NCBI GenBank assembly: GCA_043778225.1
Contig: JAYWGM010000028.1
Span: 32,001 to 96,000, forward strand
Reading direction: 5' to 3'
Length of the DNA: 64,000 nt
DNA from: Deinococcales bacterium
GTDB taxonomy: Bacteria; Deinococcota; Deinococci; Deinococcales; JAAFIG01
Made by a program: the position numbers and the translations under genes. How positions within the stretch are numbered: the first letter of the stretch is position 1; every line of letters starts with the position of its first letter. Below, piece by piece: positions 48,900 to 57,288 of this stretch. The notes beneath the pieces are model-generated. The model was not told the origin of the DNA. It did not search any database and saw only the letters and a program-made list of their open reading frames with translations.

Positions 48900-48938
48900 A
48901 AATGTATCTCATCTGAGTAAAGTCAATAATCTTTTGGT

Positions 48939-49625
48939 ATGAATCGTTTTGTTCCAGCCGTTGTGATTGTCCTTGCGTTGGTGGTTGCGTTTTTCTTGAG
49001 TCGCCCAAAAGCCTCAAACGAACCCCAAGCACTCAGCACCACTGTAAAAGCCCGCGTTCTCGAGGGAACTGCTAACTCCCCCCAAGCGGTTGAAAACCTG
49101 CGGGTGGTGTTAGTCGCAGATGGGCTGGCACTTGCCGATAGTGCGGTCACGGCTGGGCGTTATCGGCTCGAGCTACCCAGTCAGATTATTTCGACGCTTG
49201 AGTCCCTAAAGGATGTCCAACTGGTGCATGGCGATGGACGCTTGCCAGAAAATGTCTTGGGGACAGACACCAAAATTTTAATGTACGACGACCAAAATAA
49301 AAGTGGGGCGCTCGACAGTGGCGAACCACAACTCGAGGCAGCCCTTTTTCCACCCAAAACCGACCCAAATTTACGCACCTTTTTTAAGTATAAAGTCTTG
49401 TTGTTGGGGTCTGCCAGTCGCTTTATCGAGACCCAAGACACCGCCACAGGTACAAAAGGGTATTATCGCTATAACCTGCCATTGCAAAGTGGTTGGAACA
49501 TTCTCGAAGGCGAACTTGCCAGCAATGGTTACGATGTTCGTTTGCGCCCAGAGAATTCGTGGGATATTTTTGCGGCGCTGCCCGCCGGCGGGAAAGCCAC
49601 ACCACCCGCCTTTACCCCACAATAA
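48939..49625 (+). CDS. membrane-anchored hypothetical protein, probable paralog of the upstream gene
   Basis: N-terminal TM; DQNKSG loop; LQSGWN motif. Confidence 0.7.
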   Translation: MNRFVPAVVIVLALVVAFFLSRPKASNEPQALSTTVKARVLEGTANSPQAVENLRVVLVADGLALADSAVTAGRYRLELPSQIISTLESLKDVQLVHGDGRLPENVLGTDTKILMYDDQNKSGALDSGEPQLEAALFPPKTDPNLRTFFKYKVLLLGSASRFIETQDTATGTKGYYRYNLPLQSGWNILEGELASNGYDVRLRPENSWDIFAALPAGGKATPPAFTPQ

Positions 49626-49636
49626 ATAAGGAGCAT

Positions 49637-50281
49637 ATGCCCAAAATTATTATTCTTGCTGCCATGGGTTCAGAGACCGAACCCCTGACTCGAGTCCTGC
49701 CCGATATACCTGTAATCGGTACAGGTGTTGGCAAAGTAGCGGCTGCCAGCAACACCACCAAAGCGATTCTTGAACATCGTCCAGATGGGATTATTTTTGT
49801 TGGTGTGGCGGGTGGATTAGCCCCGGATTTAGCCCAGCTAAGTGTTTTAATTGCCCAAGACGCGCTGCAATGGGATGTGGATTTGACCCCAATCAATGGC
49901 GGTCAGCTTGGTACACTCAACGATGGTCGCGGCGCAATTGCACTCGACCCCAAAGGAACAGCACTGGCACTCGAGGCAGCCCGAGAACTGGGGTATCACT
50001 CGAGGCTCGGGCGGGTTGTGACGGGCGATGTTTTTCTTGCAGATAGCCAAAAAAGTGCATGGTTACACCAGACCTTTGCCGCCGATGCGGTCGAAATGGA
50101 AGGTGCAGCCGCGCTTCAGGTGGCACACGACTATCAAATCCCGATGGTTTTACTGCGCGTCATTTCCGACAGCGCCAATGACCAAGCGGCACTGACGTAT
50201 GCCGATTTTTTACCCAAAGCCGCCGAGCGAGCGGCTTTGGTGACCGAGCATTTTTTACCGCGTTGGCTCGAGACGTTATGA
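49637..50281 (+). CDS. mtnN: 5'-methylthioadenosine/S-adenosylhomocysteine nucleosidase
   Basis: AAMGSE, GVGKVAAA, GVAGG, TGDVF, VEMEGAA and RVISDSA; RBS AAGGAG. Confidence 0.92.
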   Translation: MPKIIILAAMGSETEPLTRVLPDIPVIGTGVGKVAAASNTTKAILEHRPDGIIFVGVAGGLAPDLAQLSVLIAQDALQWDVDLTPINGGQLGTLNDGRGAIALDPKGTALALEAARELGYHSRLGRVVTGDVFLADSQKSAWLHQTFAADAVEMEGAAALQVAHDYQIPMVLLRVISDSANDQAALTYADFLPKAAERAALVTEHFLPRWLETL

Positions 50282-50292
50282 AGTGCAAGGAG

Positions 50293-50369
50293 AAAAGGTC
50301 AAAAGGTTAAAAGGCTAAGAGGTTAAAGTTTTTTACTTTTTACCTTTTTACCTTTTAACCTTTTGACCC
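50293..50369. repeat. palindromic array of 8-mer repeats
   Basis: GGTCAAAAGGTTAAAAGG (50297-50314) pairs perfectly with CCTTTTAACCTTTTGACC (50351-50368); arms are built of AAAAGGTY-like units. Confidence 0.75.
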
Positions 50370-50376
50370 TCGTTTT

Positions 50377-50844
50377 ATGCCAGATGACCGTATTGTTGTT
50401 CAACTCGAGCGTGCTTTAGGGCAGCTTCCAGAAGTGGTCGAGGAAGTCTATGAGCGTCGCTTACTCGAGCGAATTTTGGGCGAGACCGATGAAGTCAGCA
50501 CTGCCCAATTACGCACCCTGCGTTTTCTTGCCAGCTTGCCAGATGGCAAAGTTGGCTTTCCGGTTGGGCAGATTGCTCAAGGTTTACATATCTCCTATCC
50601 GGCTGCTACCAAAGCTGTAGACCGCCTGACCGAGCGTTTACTTGCTGAACGTCACCGCGACTCGGACGATGCCCGAAGTATCCATGTGCGCTTGACCCAA
50701 AAGGGGCGGGAACTGAACGAGCGCCTTGGTTTTGAACGGCGACAAACTTTGTTGCGGGTATTGGAGCGCTTAGGTGGCGAAAAGCCCGCCGTGGTTTTGT
50801 TGGCACTGCTCGAGACATTTATTGCCGAAAGTCTAACGGAGTGA
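50377..50844 (+). CDS. MarR family transcriptional regulator
   Basis: ISYPAATKAVDRL HTH; DAR...VRLT.KG wing. Confidence 0.9.
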   Translation: MPDDRIVVQLERALGQLPEVVEEVYERRLLERILGETDEVSTAQLRTLRFLASLPDGKVGFPVGQIAQGLHISYPAATKAVDRLTERLLAERHRDSDDARSIHVRLTQKGRELNERLGFERRQTLLRVLERLGGEKPAVVLLALLETFIAESLTE

Positions 50845-50845
50845 T

Positions 50846-52030
50846 TCACCCCATACCTAAAGGTAGGGGCTTCTGAAGTCGTTGGGGACGCACAACTGCG
50901 TTCCCCTCGTTCAAGGGCAAATCCTGCCCTAATCTAAGAATGTTCAAAGCTGCATTAACATCACGGTTAATCTCGAGGTTACACTTGGCGCACACATACC
51001 CTTTACCAATAGCAACCTTTTGCCGATGACCGCAACTAGAACAATCTTGAGATGTAAATCTAGGGTCTACACCCTGTACTCTCCGACCAGCTTCTACCGC
51101 TTTGTTGGAAAGGATACTTAAAAACATTGCCCAGCCTGAATCTAAAACACCTTTAGCTGTTCTCGAGCGAGCCAAGCCAATGATGTTAAGGTTCTCATGG
51201 TAAATCACATCATGCTTGTTAATCAGTTTACGGGCGGTCTTATGGTGAAAGTCTTTGCGCTGGTTGGCAGTCTTTCGGTGCAACTTTGCGACTCGAGTTT
51301 TAGCTTGTTTACGACCTCTCGAGCCTCGTTTCTTCTTGGACAGGCTGCGCTGTGCAGTTCGTAAGTTACGTTGTGCTTTAACATAGTACCGTGGTGCAGC
51401 CTCAAATTCAGCATCGGAAGTAATCAAGAAATTAGGATTCGTTCCAAGGTCAATACCAATGACTGACCCTGTAGACTCGAGTGGCTTGTTCTCTATCTCG
51501 CAAGTGTAAACCGTGTACCAATGATTAGCTTCCCGTTTGATGGTAAGAGTCTTAGGTTTGCCCTCGAGTGGACGGTGAAACTTGATTTTGACTTCACCGA
51601 TTTTAGAAAGTTGGATACGGTTATGCTTAATTGGTTTGCCAACACCAGCCCAAGTATTTCTCTTGTTATCCCAAAGTTGGGGATAGGTGAAACTATCCCA
51701 TCTATCAGCACTCTTAAATCTTGGAAAACCAGCAGCACCACCTTTTTTAACTCGAGAAAAGAAACCTTGAAATGCTTTGTCCAAGCGTTTTAACGTATCT
51801 TGCAAAGTTTGGGAAAACACATTTTTGAACTCAGGACGCGCCTCTTTAATCTCAGGAAGACTGTTAATTTGCTCATAGGCTGATACGCTTTTCTTGCATT
51901 TTTTGTATGCCTCTTTGCGTTCCTCGAGTGCTGCGTTATACAACTCCCTCGTTAAGTACAAGGTGTCTACCAAAGCCTTTTCTTGGGCTTTGGTAGGGTA
52001 GATACGGTACTTAAACGCCTTGACAATCAC
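50846..52030 (-). CDS. tnpB: TnpB RNA-guided endonuclease
   Basis: KAFKYRIYPT HTH, GFPRFK, RuvC residues GIDLG / HENL / NRDVNAA, Zn finger CSSC..CAKC. Confidence 0.95.
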   Translation of the reverse strand: MIVKAFKYRIYPTKAQEKALVDTLYLTRELYNAALEERKEAYKKCKKSVSAYEQINSLPEIKEARPEFKNVFSQTLQDTLKRLDKAFQGFFSRVKKGGAAGFPRFKSADRWDSFTYPQLWDNKRNTWAGVGKPIKHNRIQLSKIGEVKIKFHRPLEGKPKTLTIKREANHWYTVYTCEIENKPLESTGSVIGIDLGTNPNFLITSDAEFEAAPRYYVKAQRNLRTAQRSLSKKKRGSRGRKQAKTRVAKLHRKTANQRKDFHHKTARKLINKHDVIYHENLNIIGLARSRTAKGVLDSGWAMFLSILSNKAVEAGRRVQGVDPRFTSQDCSSCGHRQKVAIGKGYVCAKCNLEINRDVNAALNILRLGQDLPLNEGNAVVRPQRLQKPLPLGMG

Positions 52031-52061
52031 GATTTATGATCCTTCTCGAGTATACCAAAGA

Positions 52062-52469
52062 CTAAACATCTTTTTGATTCTCGATGTACTGCTTCACAAT
52101 ACTTAAAGGCGCTCCACCAACCGTGGATACGAAGTAACTATTTGTCCAGAGTGTGGGTAATCTACTTTTTAACCACTCGAATTCTTGTCTTAAATACCGA
52201 CTGGAACGCCCTTTTAATTGTTTTACAACTCGGTGGATTCCAAATTGTGGGTCTACCTCGAGTAGAATATGCACATGATCAGGCATTATCTCGAGTACCA
52301 GAATCTCGCACTGCATCTCTGCACAATTCTCTCTGAGAATCATTGCTAGTCGTGTTTCCACACCATTGACAAGCACTTTACGACGATACTTTGGACAGAA
52401 CACAACATGGTACTTACAAGAGTACGTGATATTGTTATTTGACTTGTACTGCACATGGCTATTCTTCAT
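52062..52469 (-). CDS. tnpA: IS200/IS605 Y1 transposase TnpA
   Basis: YHVVFCPKYRR, HUH motif PDHVH, KGRSSR, LWTNSYF and YIENQ; TATAAT 7 nt upstream of ATG 52469. Confidence 0.95.
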   Translation of the reverse strand: MKNSHVQYKSNNNITYSCKYHVVFCPKYRRKVLVNGVETRLAMILRENCAEMQCEILVLEIMPDHVHILLEVDPQFGIHRVVKQLKGRSSRYLRQEFEWLKSRLPTLWTNSYFVSTVGGAPLSIVKQYIENQKDV

Positions 52470-52734
52470 TTGTATATTATACAACACAATGCTATCTAAT
52501 GTGCAAAAGAAGTTGATTGGTCTTTCTCGAGAGCTTCGCCCTCGTATGCGTCGCTACGCGACGAAACCTGTCCATCCCCATAGCTAAAGCTAGGGGTTTT
52601 TCGGTTTTTTCAGATAAAATCATGAGTGATTTTTAGATACTGTATGAGGGACAACAGCTTAGTGTCATAACCTTGCAACTTTTCTAGGCTTAATGGCGTA
52701 CAATAGCCTGTTGCCTTTTGGCATCCGGAGTAAA

Positions 52735-54714
52735 ATGAGTGAACAAAAACACGATTCTGCGGCAGCGACATCCGAACACCCTCATGGCTTAAAAGAGTGG
52801 TTGCTCGAGGGCGCAAAAGAACCCGAAGGGGCATTTGAATCTGAATCTGAGGTGGCGGCGCAGCATCACACCCAGCCTTGGTGGAAAGTGATGTGCTTAA
52901 CAGGGGTGGATTACTTTTCCTCGCTGGGCTATCAGCCAGCCTTGGCGGCTTTGGCGGCTGGTGCTTTATCGCCCTTTGCGACCCTTATTCTGGTTTTGGT
53001 AACGCTTTTTGGGGCATTGCCAATGTACCGTCGTGTGGCTGAGGAAAGCCCACATGGGCAGGGCAGTTTATCCATGCTCGAGTCGCTATTGACGTGGTGG
53101 GCTGGCAAATTAACAGTTTTGGTGTTGCTTGGTTTTGCGATGACCGGTTTTATTATTACCATCACCTTGTCGGCTTCGGACGCAGCCGCCCACATCATCG
53201 AAAACCCATTTGTACATCAATATGTTGAAGGTAAAGCCGTGATTATCACCTTGGTCTTGATTTTACTGCTTGGTGCGGTTTTCTTAAAAGGATTTTCGGA
53301 AGCGATCGGAATTGCAGTCGTCTTGGTGATTGCCTTCTTGAGCCTCAATGCCGTGGTTCTGGTTCGGTCGGCAGTCGAAGTGATTGGACACCCCGAGTAC
53401 ATTCCAAATTGGCAAAACTTGGTGAGTTTACGAGTTGATAACCCAGTCATGCTTTTTGCAGTGTCTTTTATGTTGTTTCCACAGTTAGCCCTTGGTCTGT
53501 CTGGGTTTGAAACAGGTGTAGCAGTCATACCTTTGGTTCGTGGTAATGCTAATGACAACGCCAAAAAACCACTGGGAAGAATTCGCAATGCGAAAAAACT
53601 CTTAACAGGAGCGGCAATCATCATGAGTGTTTACTTGATGGCTTCGAGTATTGTCACGACGCTTATTATTCCAGCCGCAGAATTTCAAAAAGGCGGCGAA
53701 GCCAGTGGGCGAGCCTTGGCATACCTTGCCCATAAATTCTTTGGTGATGGTTTTGGAACGCTCTATGATGTCAGTACGATCCTGATTCTGTGGTTTGCTG
53801 GGGCAAGTGCAGTGGCAGCCCTCTTAAATCTTGTGCCTCGCTATTTGCCTCGCTATGGAATGGCACCCGATTGGGCGCGAGCCAACCGTCCGCTGATTTT
53901 GGTCTTTACCTCGATTAGTGTAGTGGTGACGATTTTATTTAATGCTGATGTTGAAGCTCAAGCAGGAGCTTATGCCACAGGGGTTCTGGCGTTGTTCTCG
54001 AGTGCTGCCATTGCCGTCACGCTTTCGGCACGAAAAAAAGGACAAACAGGTGCAACAATCATGTTTGGCATCGTGACGCTCATCATGTTGTATGCCACCA
54101 TCCTTAATATGGTGCAACGCCCAGACGGACTGAGAATTGCGGGGGTTTTTATTGCTGGGATTGTAATTATCAGCTTACTCTCGAGAACCTTTCGTAGCTT
54201 AGAGCTTCGCGCAACCAAAATTGAGCTTGATGCCACCGCTCAAAAATTTATTGATGACCTTGCCCACGGCGAACTGCGAATTATTGCCAACCGCAAACAA
54301 ACAGGTTTAGAAGCCGAGTATTACGACAAAGAACTGCGCCAACGTGAAGACCACCACATCGAAGAACGCGAACCTGTGGTTTTTCTCGAGGTCGAAATTT
54401 CTGATGCTTCGGATTTTGAAGATGTCTTACGCATTAAAGGGATTGAAGTGGTGGGTGAATGCGGCAAATACCGAATCATGCGGGTCAAAGCCCCGGCAGT
54501 ACCAAACGCCATTGCCGCATTTTTACTTTATATCCGCGATGAAACACATTTGCAACCACATTGCTACTTTACTTGGTCAGACGGCAACCCTTTGCGCCAC
54601 TTAATGCGCTATGTATTGTTTGGCGAAGGCGATACCGCGCCGATTACTCGAGAAATCCTGCGCCGCAGTGAACCCAATGCCAAACTGCGCCCGATGATTC
54701 ATGTTGGCGGTTAA
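52735..54714 (+). CDS. APC-superfamily transporter with a cytoplasmic C-terminal domain
   Basis: [22 protein letters not shown] and AYATGV; about 12 TM; substrate cannot be determined from sequence. Confidence 0.8.
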   Translation: MSEQKHDSAAATSEHPHGLKEWLLEGAKEPEGAFESESEVAAQHHTQPWWKVMCLTGVDYFSSLGYQPALAALAAGALSPFATLILVLVTLFGALPMYRRVAEESPHGQGSLSMLESLLTWWAGKLTVLVLLGFAMTGFIITITLSASDAAAHIIENPFVHQYVEGKAVIITLVLILLLGAVFLKGFSEAIGIAVVLVIAFLSLNAVVLVRSAVEVIGHPEYIPNWQNLVSLRVDNPVMLFAVSFMLFPQLALGLSGFETGVAVIPLVRGNANDNAKKPLGRIRNAKKLLTGAAIIMSVYLMASSIVTTLIIPAAEFQKGGEASGRALAYLAHKFFGDGFGTLYDVSTILILWFAGASAVAALLNLVPRYLPRYGMAPDWARANRPLILVFTSISVVVTILFNADVEAQAGAYATGVLALFSSAAIAVTLSARKKGQTGATIMFGIVTLIMLYATILNMVQRPDGLRIAGVFIAGIVIISLLSRTFRSLELRATKIELDATAQKFIDDLAHGELRIIANRKQTGLEAEYYDKELRQREDHHIEEREPVVFLEVEISDASDFEDVLRIKGIEVVGECGKYRIMRVKAPAVPNAIAAFLLYIRDETHLQPHCYFTWSDGNPLRHLMRYVLFGEGDTAPITREILRRSEPNAKLRPMIHVGG

Positions 54715-54774
54715 AGCCACGATTCATGCTAATAAAATTAAGAATAAGCTCGAGCTTATTCTTTTTGGTGAAAT

Positions 54775-55761
54775 TCAGGCTTTTTCCGCCAGCGCCCACA
54801 AAAAACTTTCTCGAGCGCGGGTTTTCATGGCTTCTACGGCGTTCCAGTTGGGTTCATAACGCCCTACAATGGCTTGCTCAAGAACATCTATATCAAAAGT
54901 TGGCGGTAACTCGAGGGCGCTGGCATCGCGGCAAAACCCTTGGACTTTGGGGTCATAGCTAATGCCATAAAATGGAACTCGCGCCGCCGCCGCCAGAATG
55001 ACGGCATGAAGTCGAACACCGATAACCGCCCCACTGCCAGCAATCAATTCTAAGGCTCGAGTTGGGTCGGCGGTATTTTCGATGCGGGTCTTGGCAATTC
55101 CCTCAAAAGCCTTTAACTCGTCGTCATCCCAGCCGGGCTGGAAACCAAGCACCAGAATTTCTTTGCCTTGCTTGACTAAGCGCTTGGCGAGTTCGACCAA
55201 GCAATCGGTGGCTGCACTTTGTCCTTCTCGAGGGGCAATCAAGACCTGATTTGGGTTAGAAACAATACCGCTTGGGGCTTCGAGCAGCAGCGCAGGGTCG
55301 CCGCCAAGTTTGACCGATAAGCCCAGTTGCTCGAGCAAGGCTTGACTTCCGGTATCGCGCACAATGTTGGTCACACCACGTAAAGCGGCGGCGACTTTGG
55401 TCTGCCCGTTTTCAGAAAGTGGACCAATGCTCTGGTTAAAAACCGCTACTCGTTTACCCAACATTTTAGCCAAGCCAATAATCCCAAGGTAATACGACAA
55501 AGTGCGGCTCGAGGTTTTATCTTGGAGTAAGCCGCCACCGCCCGACAAGACCACATCCGAATTCAAAATTGCCAAAGGTGTCAAGACTGGATTCATGCGC
55601 TGCGTGGCTTTAACTTGGTACAACTGAGCAGTTTGGGCTGGATTGGCGCTGAGTACCGTAACCGAATGCCCAAGGCGGGTCAGTTCTCGAGTGATTGCCA
55701 AACAAATGGCTTCATCGCCAGTATTCAAAAAGCCATAGTAGCCACAGAGCAGGATTTTCAT
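54775..55761 (-). CDS. csaB: polysaccharide pyruvyl transferase CsaB
   Basis: GYYGFLNTGDEA, SGGGGLLQDKTS, QSIGP, RLHA and ISYDPKV. Confidence 0.92.
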   Translation of the reverse strand: MKILLCGYYGFLNTGDEAICLAITRELTRLGHSVTVLSANPAQTAQLYQVKATQRMNPVLTPLAILNSDVVLSGGGGLLQDKTSSRTLSYYLGIIGLAKMLGKRVAVFNQSIGPLSENGQTKVAAALRGVTNIVRDTGSQALLEQLGLSVKLGGDPALLLEAPSGIVSNPNQVLIAPREGQSAATDCLVELAKRLVKQGKEILVLGFQPGWDDDELKAFEGIAKTRIENTADPTRALELIAGSGAVIGVRLHAVILAAAARVPFYGISYDPKVQGFCRDASALELPPTFDIDVLEQAIVGRYEPNWNAVEAMKTRARESFLWALAEKA

Positions 55762-57239
55762 TTGACCTTTTTCTTACGGCGGCGTTTGCGTTTTGGGTCA
55801 AAAACAGGTGGCAATGGCACAGCATTGGGCTTTTCTCGTGCAGGGTTAGCGTTCTCGAGTTTTGGTAATTGTGCCAACCAAGGCTGGCTGGGCTGTGCCA
55901 AGACCTCGAGAACATTTTTTCCATAGCGCTCGAGTTTTTTTGCACCAATGCCTTTGATTAAAGCTAAAGTTTCTGGGCTGGTTGGACAGATTTTGGCAAT
56001 CTCGGCTAGAATCGTGTTGCTCATGACCAAGAAGCGGCTGATGTTCTGGCTGGCAGCATTCTGGTCGCGCCACTGGCGCAGTTGGATAAAGCGCTCCAAA
56101 ACATCGTTGTCCATACCCAAAGTCGGGTCTTCAAGGGCTGGAAGGAGCGGATGAGCCACTGTTTCGGGTTCGTCTGGCTCGAGCGGCTCGGGTTCTGGGG
56201 TAACGTCAAAAGCGGCATTTAAGGCAACGTCGAGAACCCGCCACGTGTCGGTCACATCTTCTAGACCAAGAGACAAACGCACGATCGTATCCGATAAACC
56301 CAAGCCCAAAGGCTCGAGCGCCCGATGACTTGAGCGACTTGGAATACAAACGGTGTTGTCGGCTGCACCAAACCAATCGAGTGCGTCAAAATAGCGCAAG
56401 CGCTCGAGGAAGACCTTGGCGGCTTCTGAAACAGCAAATTCGATAGCAATCAGCGAACCGTTCATTTCGCGCCCATCACGGGTCAGGTTGCTGGCTGCAT
56501 TGGGATACGAAACCCCAACCACAGCCGCATGAGCCTCGATTTTAGCCAGTACCGTCAGCGCCGAAGCAGTCTGGCGCTCGAGTCGCACCGAAAGACTTTT
56601 TAAGCCACGTAAGGCACTACCACAAACTTGGGCATTGGGACGCGCCCCAACGGTATCGCGGTGTCCTCGCAGACGTTCGAGTAAATCTTCAGAACGCCCC
56701 ATGATTGCGCCCAAGGCAAGCGTGCTGTCGCCAGTTAAGGCAGCTGCACTCGAATACACAACCGCATCTATGGCAAATTCGAGCGGACGACAAGCAAACA
56801 TCGTTAAAATCGAATTGTCGACCACCAACAGCGCCCCAGCCTCGTGGACTCGTGTTGCTAAACCACTTAAATCAAAGGCGGTTAAAGTGGCACTGCTTGG
56901 ATTCTCGAGAAAAACCAGACTCGCGCCTTCAAAACGCACATCGGCTTGGGTCAGGTCGTTGAATTCGATTTCGATTTCCCATTCGGCAAGTGCCGAAAAT
57001 GCCCGCACCGCAAACCCCGAGGCTTCTTGGTGCAGCATCACTTTGTCGTGCGGACGCAATAAACGCCCCAAAGCATCCAAGGCGGCTCGCCCAGAAGCAA
57101 AAGCCACACACCACGCGCCACGCCCAGACAGACCACTGCCCTCGAGTGTACCAAGGCGAGCTTCTAACTGCGCCAAAGGGTTCGGGAGGTGATTCTCGGC
57201 GCGGACAGCCAAACTATCAAAACGTAAACCATCATCCAT
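55758..57239 (-). CDS. cystathionine gamma-lyase-like fold (catalytic Lys absent) fused to an HRDC domain
   Basis: FASG, FLENPS, VVDNS and VRLSLGLED; VYSSAAALTG replaces HSxTKY; C-terminal LRQWR...IKGIGAKKLERYG HRDC. Confidence 0.85.
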   Translation of the reverse strand: MDDGLRFDSLAVRAENHLPNPLAQLEARLGTLEGSGLSGRGAWCVAFASGRAALDALGRLLRPHDKVMLHQEASGFAVRAFSALAEWEIEIEFNDLTQADVRFEGASLVFLENPSSATLTAFDLSGLATRVHEAGALLVVDNSILTMFACRPLEFAIDAVVYSSAAALTGDSTLALGAIMGRSEDLLERLRGHRDTVGARPNAQVCGSALRGLKSLSVRLERQTASALTVLAKIEAHAAVVGVSYPNAASNLTRDGREMNGSLIAIEFAVSEAAKVFLERLRYFDALDWFGAADNTVCIPSRSSHRALEPLGLGLSDTIVRLSLGLEDVTDTWRVLDVALNAAFDVTPEPEPLEPDEPETVAHPLLPALEDPTLGMDNDVLERFIQLRQWRDQNAASQNISRFLVMSNTILAEIAKICPTSPETLALIKGIGAKKLERYGKNVLEVLAQPSQPWLAQLPKLENANPAREKPNAVPLPPVFDPKRKRRRKKKVK

Positions 57240-57288
57240 GCAGCCGACATCATAACATGGCAGCCTCGAGATATTACATAATAGCCGC

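Larger units (their letters stand above)
50841..52613 (-). mobile_element. complete IS200/IS605-family element (tnpA + tnpB)
   Basis: Near-identical subterminal hairpins at 50849-50869 and 52576-52596; right end TCAC; left flank TTTAT; removing the element restores the marR stop codon. Confidence 0.9.
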
